Source of the DNA: Bacillales bacterium UBA4682
Lineage (GTDB): Bacteria; Bacillota_I; Bacilli_A; RFN20; CAG-288
DNA length: 64,000 nt
Direction of reading: 5' to 3'
Assembly (NCBI GenBank): GCA_002404995.1
Contig: DHKY01000014.1
Location: 7,524 to 71,523 of the forward strand
Each line of letters begins with the position of its first letter. Within the stretch, counting starts at the first letter, position 1. The position numbers and the translations under genes were made by a program. This document shows positions 18,652 through 27,782 of the stretch, one piece after another. The notes beneath the pieces were generated by a model. That model was not told the origin of the DNA, ran no database searches, and saw only the letters and a program-made list of their open reading frames with translations.

Positions 18652-19315
18652 GATGATGCCCTCTTTTCAGTTCATCTTGGTAAGACAGTACTTTTCCGCC
18701 CTCGATGAAATAGATAAGATCTGCGCTTTTGAGATCCTCCGGGTGATGGGAAACAAACAGAATGCCTTTTCCTTTCTTCTGGAGGCCTTCGATAATCGAT
18801 ATCAGGCTTTTATGGGTCTCTTCGTCAAGTCCAGCATCCGGTTCATCTAAGACAATCAAATCCGGATCCTTTATCAGAGCTTTCGCAACTTTGACTCTCT
18901 GCAGCTGTCCACCGGACAGTTCATTGACAAGCCGCTTTCTCAGCGGATAGAGACCGAATTCCTCAAGCCTTTCCTTCACTTTCTCTTTTCGTTCCTTAGG
19001 ATGAAAAAAGGATAAAGCGGATGGGAAACCTAAGGATACGATTTCCTCTACCGTCGCTGGAAAAGAACCATCCGAAAGAGAAGTAGTCTGGGCAATATAG
19101 CTGATTTTATTGACATTCCGTTCGATTTTTCCTTTCGTGGGTCGGATAAATCCTAAGGCAAGCTTAAGGAAAGTCGATTTACCACCTCCGTTCGGGCCTA
19201 AGATACCGATGAACTTATGATCCGGTAAATCTAAGGTAACATCATCCAACACCAAGGCATCGGAATAGGAAAAGGAAACATGATCAAATCGAATCATCAT
19301 TGCACGCCTTGACAA
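18638..19315 (-). CDS. znuC: Metal ABC transporter ATP-binding protein, ZnuC-like.
   Basis: GILGPNGGGKSTFLKL Walker A, LSGGQLQRVKVAKAL signature, ILDEP Walker B. Confidence 0.8.
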   Translation of the reverse strand: MSRRAMMIRFDHVSFSYSDALVLDDVTLDLPDHKFIGILGPNGGGKSTFLKLALGFIRPTKGKIERNVNKISYIAQTTSLSDGSFPATVEEIVSLGFPSALSFFHPKERKEKVKERLEEFGLYPLRKRLVNELSGGQLQRVKVAKALIKDPDLIVLDEPDAGLDEETHKSLISIIEGLQKKGKGILFVSHHPEDLKSADLIYFIEGGKVLSYQDELKRGHHHVDL

Positions 19316-20165
19316 TCTTTGATAGATTGTCTTCCCTTAAAGATACATAGTCGACTTTCCCCTCATCGCTTTCTTCGATACTCTCCAATGTATAAAGGGT
19401 ATCCGTCTTCACCTTTGCTTCTTCAGCGATTTTCTTTGCAATATCCGGGCTCACGGCATCTTCATAGAAGATGGTCGTAACATGGTATTCTTTGACCTTC
19501 TCGATAAGTTCCTCCCTCTTTTTCGCAGTCGGGGCAGCATCCGGTTCAAGACCGGCAATATAGATTTGTTCTAATCCATAATCGCTTGCAAGATAGCCAA
19601 AAGCAGCATGGGAAACTACAAGATATTTATTCTTAACACTGCTAAGCTGATCCGTATATTTTTTATCCAGTTCCTGGAAACGGACTAGTTCCTTGGAATA
19701 GTTTGCTTCATAGTAGTCTTTGTTCTCCCCATCGATGCCAACTAAAGTATTCTTAATGTTCAGTAGTTCCGTCCTGGCATTCTTGACAGACAGCCAGACA
19801 TGGGGGTCCGTTACACCATTTAACGTCTTAGGAGTAATGTCTTTGGTTACTACATAGGATTTCTCTTTCAGTTCCTTCGGAAGAGAATCACTCCATTTAT
19901 CGAGGCCTAATCCATTCAGAAGAAGAGCAGAAGAAGTGGTCCTGCCGGCTATTTCCTTTGCTGTCGGCTCATAATCGTGGGGTTCCTGCCCATAAGGAGT
20001 GAGGCATTTCACATCATACTTATCTCCGGCTACTTTCTTAGCCCTATCATAAATCGGAAAGAACGTAGTATAGATTGTTCGTTCATTACTTTCCTTTTTT
20101 CCGCAAGAAGCAAGAGCTAGAGGTAAGACAGATACCAGCAACATCATTTTCTTAGTAAGTTTCAT
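19284..20165 (-). CDS. znuA: Metal ABC transporter substrate-binding lipoprotein, ZnuA/TroA-like.
   Basis: MKLTKKMMLLVSVLPLALASC lipobox. Cluster-9 substrate-binding-protein fold motifs (HDYEPT, DPHVW, HAAFGYL). Confidence 0.8.
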   Translation of the reverse strand: MKLTKKMMLLVSVLPLALASCGKKESNERTIYTTFFPIYDRAKKVAGDKYDVKCLTPYGQEPHDYEPTAKEIAGRTTSSALLLNGLGLDKWSDSLPKELKEKSYVVTKDITPKTLNGVTDPHVWLSVKNARTELLNIKNTLVGIDGENKDYYEANYSKELVRFQELDKKYTDQLSSVKNKYLVVSHAAFGYLASDYGLEQIYIAGLEPDAAPTAKKREELIEKVKEYHVTTIFYEDAVSPDIAKKIAEEAKVKTDTLYTLESIEESDEGKVDYVSLREDNLSKIVKACNDDSI

Positions 20166-20180
20166 ATCGGTCCTTTCAAT

Positions 20181-20195
20181 TGCAAACGGTTTGCA
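20181..20195. promoter_or_regulatory. Candidate Zur/Fur-family operator: perfect 7-1-7 palindrome TGCAAACgGTTTGCA in the divergent znuA/zur intergenic region.
   Basis: Perfect inverted repeat 14 bp upstream of the znuA start and ~70 bp upstream of zur. Confidence 0.45.
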
Positions 20196-20265
20196 TTTGC
20201 AGCAACGCGGACTACTATACTCCTGGTGGATTGATTTGTAAAGACAAAAGTTTTAAAGTAAGAGC

Positions 20266-20676
20266 ATGATTGAAGACTTATTCAAAACCCACGGCTTGAA
20301 GACAACAAAGAGCCGCCTTGCTATCTATAAAGCCTTAGATACAAAGACTTACCCATGCACTGCGGAAGAGCTATCTAAGGATATCCAGGATGAAGAAATT
20401 AACCTTTCGACAATCTACCGTACTTTAAACGCCTTTGTAAAAGCCGGACTTGTAAAACTCGAAGTCAATGAACGCAAGGAGAACGTCTTCTCTTTGGACA
20501 AAAAAGAAGACAAACATATCCTTGTCTGCAAAAAATGCCATAAACGGATTCCCTTGAAGGGCTGTCCTTATCATAAGGTCAATGAAAGGATTGAAAAAGA
20601 GACCGGATTTCAGATTGAAGATCAGAGCACTGAAATCTATGGTCTCTGCCCGGATTGTCAGAAGAAACAGCGCTAA
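20266..20676 (+). CDS. zur: Fur-family metalloregulator (Zur-like).
   Basis: Fur N-terminal wHTH, HxC..C and C..C zinc sites (CKKCHKRIPLKGCPYH ... CPDC). Divergently paired with znuACB. Confidence 0.8.
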   Translation: MIEDLFKTHGLKTTKSRLAIYKALDTKTYPCTAEELSKDIQDEEINLSTIYRTLNAFVKAGLVKLEVNERKENVFSLDKKEDKHILVCKKCHKRIPLKGCPYHKVNERIEKETGFQIEDQSTEIYGLCPDCQKKQR

Positions 20677-20974
20677 GTCTTAAAATATCATTGTTCAATA
20701 ACATTGTTGCATAGCCAAGAATTCAAATAATCTACCACTTAATTCAATAAGATAACTATATTTCGAGCAATAATTGCTTTATCAAAACAGTCTTTTCAAA
20801 GATAAATGCGAGACGAAATATTTTTTGTGCAGATTTCATCACAATATTTTAAGTTTCAAAATTCCGATTATTTTGATTTTATAAATCGTCTTTTATAATT
20901 TTATGATTTGTTACTGCTTAACATTGAGTTTTTTTCTCAATTTTAATACAATATTTAAAATGGAGGCAGGATTT

Positions 20975-22240
20975 ATGCTTTTACAGTTCAATTTCGAAAA
21001 CTATGGTCCTTTCAAAGAAGAAGCATCGCTAAACCTTGAAGCAGCACCCTATGCTGAATTCAAAGAACAGATTCGAACAATCGGGAACAAGAAAATTCTT
21101 CCTTTAGCCGCTATCTATGGTGCAAATGCCAGTGGAAAGTCTTTTACCTACAACGCTTTCAATTACAGGAAGTTCAGGGTGCTTTTTTCCAGGAGCCTTG
21201 ATTTAGAAAAAAGCAAAACGACCCTTAATCCTTTTCCGGAAGCAGTGCCTTTCCGATTAGACAAAGAAAGTGAAAACAGTCCTTCCTCCTTTGAAGTGAT
21301 CTTAACCTCCGAAATAGACGGGAAAGAAATCACTCTTCAATATGGATTTTCTGTATTTCAGCGCCAGATTGTTAAAGAATGGCTTTATCAACTTCCTCAG
21401 CGGAGTACTTCTGCCGTAAAAGAATACCTCTTGCGAGACAGAGAAACTATTAGTATAAAGATTCCCGAATTAGATGATTCCATCAAAACAACTTTAGAGA
21501 AATCTACTCCTTCTTCAGCACTTGTCTTATCTTTTGGTTCCAGACTAAATGTGGAACCATTTAAAACTATTTTTAACTTTTTTAATATTTCCTTAGTTAC
21601 CGACTTTGGTAACCTTTCTGAAATGTTTTTCCGTGAGCACCTGCTTCCTATAGGTATAGCTGAAAACAAAGAAAGCCTATCGGATTGTGTTTCGTTTCTT
21701 CAGAGCTTCGAACCTTCTATCAAGAATATTCGATTAGAGGAAATCAAGCAGGACAATAATCAAAAGCAATATTTTATTAAAACCATACATAGAACGATAA
21801 ACGGAGAAGAAGTGGAATTTCGAAGGGAAAACGAATCCTCAGGAACAAAGAAAAGGTTCCAATTCTATAGTTTTCTTCGCCAGGCAATCAGTACGGGAAG
21901 TGTCCTTTTCGTTGATGAACTCAATTCACGTCTTCATCCTCTGCTTTTGCGGAATATTCTTCTGCTTTTTCTTTCCCAGGAAAAGAATCCAAACCATTCA
22001 CAGCTAATTTTCACTTGCCATGAGCCTTGGCTGTTAAGCGCAAAAATTCTACGCCGCGATGAAATTTACTTTACAAACAAAAATCTCAAAACCCAAGCTT
22101 CTGAGCTCTATTCCTTGGCTGAGTTCAAAGATGAAAAGGGAATGAAAATACGTTCCGATGAGGACTTTGAAAAGAATTACCTTCTCGGAAAATATGATGG
22201 AATCCCCGTTCTTTCAAATATGGGAATAAAAGGAGAATAG
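20975..22240 (+). CDS. AAA_21/OLD-type ATPase (AbiLi-like) of a two-gene abortive-infection-type module.
   Basis: FNFENYGPFKEEASLNL...IYGANASGKS N-terminal Walker A typical of AAA_21/AbiEii-like ATPases, and FVDELNSRLHP Walker B. Start chosen after the GGAGG RBS. The ORF track's upstream extension begins at 20903. Confidence 0.65.
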   Translation: MLLQFNFENYGPFKEEASLNLEAAPYAEFKEQIRTIGNKKILPLAAIYGANASGKSFTYNAFNYRKFRVLFSRSLDLEKSKTTLNPFPEAVPFRLDKESENSPSSFEVILTSEIDGKEITLQYGFSVFQRQIVKEWLYQLPQRSTSAVKEYLLRDRETISIKIPELDDSIKTTLEKSTPSSALVLSFGSRLNVEPFKTIFNFFNISLVTDFGNLSEMFFREHLLPIGIAENKESLSDCVSFLQSFEPSIKNIRLEEIKQDNNQKQYFIKTIHRTINGEEVEFRRENESSGTKKRFQFYSFLRQAISTGSVLFVDELNSRLHPLLLRNILLLFLSQEKNPNHSQLIFTCHEPWLLSAKILRRDEIYFTNKNLKTQASELYSLAEFKDEKGMKIRSDEDFEKNYLLGKYDGIPVLSNMGIKGE

Positions 22241-22244
22241 GCAA

Positions 22245-22895
22245 ATGGGACTTGGCAGACCAGGGAAAAAGCCCCGAAAGCAAGGGTCACGACGAGAACT
22301 TTTTGAAAATATCCTGATTGTTACGGATGGTGAGAAAACAGAAGCTAATTATTTTCAGGGACTACGTAATTCATTTCCTGAGCCTATCAGAAATAAGATA
22401 AGCATAAAAATCCTAGCTAAGCTTGATACACAAGAACTTGTTGAACGATCACTGAAAGAACAGAGAGAAGACCCTAGGGAACGGGAAATCTGGATAGTTT
22501 TCGATAAAGACAATCGGCCTGATGATTTTGACAGAATAATATCAAGTGCCAAAAAGCATGGTATTAATATTGCTTGGTCCAATCCCTGTATTGAGATTTT
22601 CTTTCACGCTTATTATGGGAAAAGGCCGAAAAACACAGATGCAAAGCAATGTATTTCTGCTTTTTCTATCGATTTTCAAAAAGCAACCAAGAAAGAATAC
22701 TTGAAAAACGACAAAGAAATTTATGATATCCTGTGTCATTCAGGAGATGAGAAGAAAGCTATTGAATTTTCCAAAAAGAAATTAAAGCAATCAATAAATG
22801 AAGCCGAAAGTAAAAAGCCTTCTTCTTATTGTCCGGGTTCTACTCTTCATGAATTAGTTGGTAAAATCACAAGCCATCGCCCGGAGAACAAATAA
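22245..22895 (+). CDS. RloB-like protein (TOPRIM-like, AbiLii-like partner).
   Basis: ILIVTDGEKTEANYFQGL matches the RloB N-terminal hallmark (ILIVcEGEKTEpnYF). It starts 4 bp after the ATPase stop. Confidence 0.65.
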   Translation: MGLGRPGKKPRKQGSRRELFENILIVTDGEKTEANYFQGLRNSFPEPIRNKISIKILAKLDTQELVERSLKEQREDPREREIWIVFDKDNRPDDFDRIISSAKKHGINIAWSNPCIEIFFHAYYGKRPKNTDAKQCISAFSIDFQKATKKEYLKNDKEIYDILCHSGDEKKAIEFSKKKLKQSINEAESKKPSSYCPGSTLHELVGKITSHRPENK

Positions 22896-22920
22896 GGAGA
22901 AGCGTTTATCCAGAATCTAA

Positions 22921-22957
22921 AAAAGACTATGGGATTTTACTCCCATAGTCCTTTTTA
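22921..22957. terminator. Bidirectional intrinsic terminator between convergent genes.
   Basis: AAAAAGACTATGGGA-ttttact-TCCCATAGTCCTTTTT. Confidence 0.6.
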
Positions 22958-22960
22958 AGA

Positions 22961-25855
22961 CTAGTTCTGTTTCTTAGACACAACGTAGGATGTGATAAGC
23001 CTAGCTAAGCCAGCAACAGCGATGACACCGAAGACAATTACACAGGTATTGAGAGTGATTTCCCACCAAGGAGTGACTTCCTTGATGACACTGTCGCCCT
23101 TGATACCATTCCTGGCCCAGGATTTGTTGGAGATAGTGTAAAGGATACGTTTGGCGGAATCACGGACCTTCTCACAGAAGGCAGCATTGTTCTTATAGTC
23201 TTTCAGATCATTCGCGCTTCCCATAAAGAGGTTCGTTCCACCCCTATAGCCGTCATCATAGACCCTATAGGTACCGCCATTGGAAACCGCCCTATCGGTA
23301 ATAGCATAGCCTTTGAAACCCCATTCTTTCTGCAGAATGTTGATAGAAAGATTCTCGTCTCCGCCTGTCCATAGACAGCCGGAACGATTGAAGGAAGACC
23401 TAATCGCACCGGTGTCGCCTTTCGTGACTGCGATTTCAAAAGGAGTCAAAAGAAGTTCACGGGCTTCCTGTTCATTTAACCAGATGCTGATACCATTTCG
23501 CTCTGTTTCGCATTCATTGAAGGCAAAGTGCTTCAAGTGGGCAACAACGCCTTTCCCCTGCAGGCCCTGAATCTCATAGGCAGCAGCAAGTCCGGTCAGC
23601 AGAGAGTCTTCAGAGAAGTATTCGTTGCTGCGTCCGATAAACGGAGTGCGATGGAGATTGACTCCTGGAGCATAGATACCATGGGTATCGGAAAGGATAA
23701 TGTCTTCAGCAAAGGCGTCTCCGACTTTCTTGATAAGATCAAGATTGAAGGAGGAAGCCCAGATACCTTCGCTCGGGAAGGAAGAATCGGTCTTTGTCGC
23801 TGTGACAGCCGTCGGACCATCCAAATCAACGGTTTCCGGCAAACCGACAGAAGCCAGAGTAGCTGTCGACCTTTGACCGGAAGTAACTAATTTAATCTGG
23901 TCTTCCTTTGACCTCGAATCAAGGAGAGTGTCCCAATACGGAGAATCAAATTCGACACCACGCAAAGAAGCGACGGTAAGCTTCTTTTCTCCTTCTGCAG
24001 TTTGATTATAGCTTGGCCTAGTGCCATCACTTGGCAAAGAGCGATGCGAGCTTAGATCTTTGATCCTCTGTTCTGTTGCGGTAAAGGAGATTGCCTGTTT
24101 CGGCCAGGTTCCGCTCCAGTCTTTCCGGGAGACATACGTAACCTTATTATCTCCTTTTCCTTCATATCGGTTCCTATCTGCATGATCAAGTTGGTTGGTG
24201 ATAGCTTCACCGGTTTCTTCGCTCTTCGAATAGGTTTCACTATCCGTCTTAGAAAAGCTGATCTTATAGGCAAAAGTGGATTTTCCTTCGCCAATCCTCT
24301 TAGAAGCATCGATGGAAGACTTATTCCTGAGGATGTTGTTCAATGCATCATGAGCATCACTGCCAAGAGAGAGATAATAGTCACCCTCTTCTAAAATGTA
24401 GGTCTTATACCCATCGGCATCATAGGTCTTAAACTGTGATTTCTCAACGGAGAGCTTAACGGTCTCCTTCTCGCCTGGTTCTAATTCTTTGGTCTTAGCG
24501 AAGCCGACAAGTTCAATGGCAGGTTTTTCAATGCCATGGTCTTTGTCATAGTTGGTATATGGTCTCTGCCTGTAGATCTCTACGGCATGCTTTCCTTTGA
24601 CTTCTCCGGTGTTTGTAACATCGAGGGAAATCTGATAGGTCTTCTCGTCACTGGAAGGAATGACCTTAAAGTCCGAATAGGCAAAGCTCGTATAGCTAAG
24701 GCCATAGCCAAAGGGGAAGGCAACATCGGCGCTGTAATCGTAATCGCCGTTGTTTCCCTGCTTTAGAACAGCATCCTCGTATCTTGTCTCATAATACCGG
24801 TAGCCAAGGTAGACGCCTTCGTTATAGACGCCATAGGAACGATTGGTCGAATTGAGTTTTGCCTTCTTCCAGTTCGTATAACCGGAAGCAAAGGATTTAT
24901 TGAAGTTCAGTTCCCAGCTTGCCCTCGCGGGAGAAGAGAAATTGTCCCGGCAATAGGTGTCGGAAAGACGACCGCTTGGATTAACGGTTCCATCGAGGAC
25001 TTTAGCTACGGCGTTCAATCCATAAGAACCGACATTCCCAACCCAGAGAAGAGCATCCACATCGATTCCTTCCCGGTAGAGATAATCCTGTTCGATTGGA
25101 TTGGCAGTATTCAGAAGAACAACGACTTTCTTCAGCTTTCCCTGTTTTTTCCTTTCGGTCAGTCCTTTTAGAAGGTCAAGCTCATCTTTGGAAAGCGACA
25201 GATAGGATCCGTCTTCGCCATCGCTTCCGCTGGTTGAAAGATCTTTTCCTTCTCCTGATTCACGGGAGAATGTCACAATAGCAGCATCCGAATACTGTTC
25301 GATGGAAGATAAGGTAGCCGCATCATATTTATCATAAGGGACTTCATTAATCGTATAGAGAGACGCAGAGGTCACTCGTCCGTAGTCTTTACCAGCACCA
25401 TTGGCATAAAAATCGGTCAGAGTGGGATTGACAGAAAAGCCTTCCTTTGTCAAAGCATCCTGAAATGTCACATATTTCGAAGAATCCGTGGAAGAAGAGC
25501 CGGAAGTGTTGTAATTGAAGCGGACAGAGGCTGTACCCAGAAGGGAGACTTTGCTTCCTTTGGCAAGCGGAAGGGCCTTGTTCGCATTCTTCAATAAGAC
25601 GAGTCCTTCTCCTTCGACCTCCTCGGCTGTTTTGCTGACATAGTCCTTCACGTCCTTTGCATCTGTATAGGTTCGCTTGAAATACTGGGCATCGGCATCA
25701 TTTCCTTTGTTGGTTGTCGTGATGCCCAGGGCATTATTGATAGCACCGGAATTGGCCTTAGCGATGCTTCTTCCAGAGAGAGTGATAACAAAAAGCGTAG
25801 AAGCCGAAAGGAAGAGAACGTTATACAGCTTGGAATGGGCAAATATCTTTTTCAT
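22961..25855 (-). CDS. Glycoside hydrolase family 3 (beta-glucosidase/xylosidase-like) surface enzyme with an N-terminal signal peptide and a C-terminal transmembrane anchor.
   Basis: GH3 N- and C-domain motifs (KHFAFNECETERNG, GYAITDRAVSNGG) and a fibronectin-like C-terminal domain. Hydrophobic tail ITLNTCVIVFGVIAVAGLARLI. Confidence 0.75.
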   Translation of the reverse strand: MKKIFAHSKLYNVLFLSASTLFVITLSGRSIAKANSGAINNALGITTTNKGNDADAQYFKRTYTDAKDVKDYVSKTAEEVEGEGLVLLKNANKALPLAKGSKVSLLGTASVRFNYNTSGSSSTDSSKYVTFQDALTKEGFSVNPTLTDFYANGAGKDYGRVTSASLYTINEVPYDKYDAATLSSIEQYSDAAIVTFSRESGEGKDLSTSGSDGEDGSYLSLSKDELDLLKGLTERKKQGKLKKVVVLLNTANPIEQDYLYREGIDVDALLWVGNVGSYGLNAVAKVLDGTVNPSGRLSDTYCRDNFSSPARASWELNFNKSFASGYTNWKKAKLNSTNRSYGVYNEGVYLGYRYYETRYEDAVLKQGNNGDYDYSADVAFPFGYGLSYTSFAYSDFKVIPSSDEKTYQISLDVTNTGEVKGKHAVEIYRQRPYTNYDKDHGIEKPAIELVGFAKTKELEPGEKETVKLSVEKSQFKTYDADGYKTYILEEGDYYLSLGSDAHDALNNILRNKSSIDASKRIGEGKSTFAYKISFSKTDSETYSKSEETGEAITNQLDHADRNRYEGKGDNKVTYVSRKDWSGTWPKQAISFTATEQRIKDLSSHRSLPSDGTRPSYNQTAEGEKKLTVASLRGVEFDSPYWDTLLDSRSKEDQIKLVTSGQRSTATLASVGLPETVDLDGPTAVTATKTDSSFPSEGIWASSFNLDLIKKVGDAFAEDIILSDTHGIYAPGVNLHRTPFIGRSNEYFSEDSLLTGLAAAYEIQGLQGKGVVAHLKHFAFNECETERNGISIWLNEQEARELLLTPFEIAVTKGDTGAIRSSFNRSGCLWTGGDENLSINILQKEWGFKGYAITDRAVSNGGTYRVYDDGYRGGTNLFMGSANDLKDYKNNAAFCEKVRDSAKRILYTISNKSWARNGIKGDSVIKEVTPWWEITLNTCVIVFGVIAVAGLARLITSYVVSKKQN

Positions 25856-25858
25856 AGT

Positions 25859-26353
25859 CTAGTTCTCCTTGGTGGTGACAAGTTTTACTTCGTCCTTAAC
25901 CGGCTTTTTGGAAAGGAAAACAGAAATCAGATCCGCAAGGAAAGCAAGGAAGAAGAAAATAACTGAGAAGAGGAAACCCATGGAAAAAGAAGAGCCGTCA
26001 ATGGCAACTAAGAGATTGGCGACATAATTCACCTGCGTTCCGATATAGCAGATAAAGCTATAGAGAGCGAAAAGATACGCAAACTCCCGAACCAGTTTCC
26101 ATTCCCTGATCCTTGAGAAGAGAGAGAGGGCAAGCGAGCAGGCAGTGGTGACAAAAAGAACAACAGAGTACTTCGGAGCAAACTCGTTTACTCCGGTAAG
26201 CGCATAGAGAACCAATGAAATCAGTGAGAAGACAAATCCAAGGGCAACAAAATAAAAGCCTTTCGTCCGTTCCTTGAAAAATTTCGCAAGCTTATCCATT
26301 TCCTTTTCCTCAGGCAAGATTATCCCTATGGGCATCAAAGGTAAGACCGACAT
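25859..26353 (-). CDS. Small polytopic membrane protein (4 predicted transmembrane segments).
   Basis: Hydrophobic segments. Starts 4 bp downstream of the GH3 gene on the same strand. Confidence 0.4.
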   Translation of the reverse strand: MSVLPLMPIGIILPEEKEMDKLAKFFKERTKGFYFVALGFVFSLISLVLYALTGVNEFAPKYSVVLFVTTACSLALSLFSRIREWKLVREFAYLFALYSFICYIGTQVNYVANLLVAIDGSSFSMGFLFSVIFFFLAFLADLISVFLSKKPVKDEVKLVTTKEN

Positions 26354-27545
26354 CCGAATAGCAGGTCAGACAGTCAATCCTTGGAGCTTCGGCAGCCCTT
26401 GTGCCACTAGCATCATGACGAGTAGAGTTATTCGTGATGAGCTTGATGACATTCTTTCCCTGCTTCAGGGAAAGGGAAGTAGAAAGCGTGAATTCCGAGA
26501 ATGCCTTCTTCCTCTTCACATCACGTCCCGAAGGAACATTGTCAAGGACAATGGTTCCATAATCAATGCTCTCTCCGTTGACCGAGACAATCCAGTTTTC
26601 CTTTGTGAAAGTCCTATCAAAATACTCGGCAGAAAGGGATGCCTTTAAAATCGCATCATCGGTAGCCTTATCGGCTTCGACATCGAATTGGATAAAGGCT
26701 TCTTTGTAATACAAATCACAGACGAAATGATCATTCGAGCAGCCGCCTTCCACAATCGAACCGCTGAAGATGAGACCGGTTCCGGAGACATCAGAAGAAT
26801 AGCCATGTCCGATTTTTTCTCCAAAGCCATTGATATTCTTGTCTTCATCGCTTGTCAGGCCATCGAGCTTCGTATATTCAGCTTCAAAAGTATCAATCTT
26901 AAACCAACGGGCATAGATATCGGCATCCGCATCGAATTTCTTGGTTTGTTTGACCGGATTAACAAACTCCGCAGAATCATACCAGTTCTTCAAATAATAT
27001 CCTTTGCGGTAAGGCTTTCCAGGGAATGCCTTTAAACGATCTCCCCTAGCCGCATTGGTCGACCTTGTGATGTAGATACTATCCCCCGAATGGAAATTGA
27101 CAGTATAGGCATCGTCCTTATCCTCAATCCAGTTTGCATATAGGATGATTCCTTCTTTGGCCGTGCTGGTCAGATCAAAGACATTCGCCCCCTTCTCATC
27201 GGTTGACCAATAAGAGAAAAGATAGCCTTCTCTTTCCCTAGCCGGGAAGGAAGAAAAAACCTGTCCTTTGATTTCCTTCACCCTCTTATCGCTAGGAGCT
27301 CCCTCATAGTTATACTTGAAGACAATGCTCACTTCATCTTCTTTGACATCCTGACTAGGAGAAGAGGTCGAGGCCACCGTATTCTCGGTTGTATCCTTCT
27401 CCTGAGAAGCAGAGGGTGCTTCGCTGATTCCTTCCCCGCCTTTATCCGAGACACTCGGCTGAGAAGCAGCTGATTCATTTCCACCGCATCCGACCAAGGC
27501 AAACAAAGCAAATAAGGCAATAGCAGATTTTCCGAATTTATTCAT
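26310..27545 (-). CDS. Lipoprotein with Listeria-Bacteroides repeat-like and carbohydrate-binding-like regions.
   Basis: MNKFGKSAIALFALFALVGCGG lipobox. YLFSYWSTDEKGANVFD...ILYANW resembles a B-repeat. Confidence 0.55.
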   Translation of the reverse strand: MNKFGKSAIALFALFALVGCGGNESAASQPSVSDKGGEGISEAPSASQEKDTTENTVASTSSPSQDVKEDEVSIVFKYNYEGAPSDKRVKEIKGQVFSSFPAREREGYLFSYWSTDEKGANVFDLTSTAKEGIILYANWIEDKDDAYTVNFHSGDSIYITRSTNAARGDRLKAFPGKPYRKGYYLKNWYDSAEFVNPVKQTKKFDADADIYARWFKIDTFEAEYTKLDGLTSDEDKNINGFGEKIGHGYSSDVSGTGLIFSGSIVEGGCSNDHFVCDLYYKEAFIQFDVEADKATDDAILKASLSAEYFDRTFTKENWIVSVNGESIDYGTIVLDNVPSGRDVKRKKAFSEFTLSTSLSLKQGKNVIKLITNNSTRHDASGTRAAEAPRIDCLTCYSDVGLTFDAHRDNLA

Positions 27546-27724
27546 GATATGGATTCTCCTTTAATGGCGGAAGCTTTCCCGCCGAGAATATTATTTCAAG
27601 TTGTGATTTCTAAGCGGTTACATTGAAAAATACAGAGTTGAAATGGGATAAAAAGATAAAATGTGTGCTAAAAAGCAGAAAACAGGGACAAACGTCCGCT
27701 AGAAAAATTTGTTTCTCAACAAGA

Positions 27725-27757
27725 TATGCAGCAGGCCAAGCTGGCCTGCTGCATAAG
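27725..27757. terminator. Intrinsic terminator downstream of the 1411-aa GH3 gene.
   Basis: TGCAGCAGGCCAAGCTGGCCTGCTGCA perfect hairpin. Confidence 0.55.
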
Positions 27758-27782
27758 GAAACATCAATCGATTCGACTCGGA

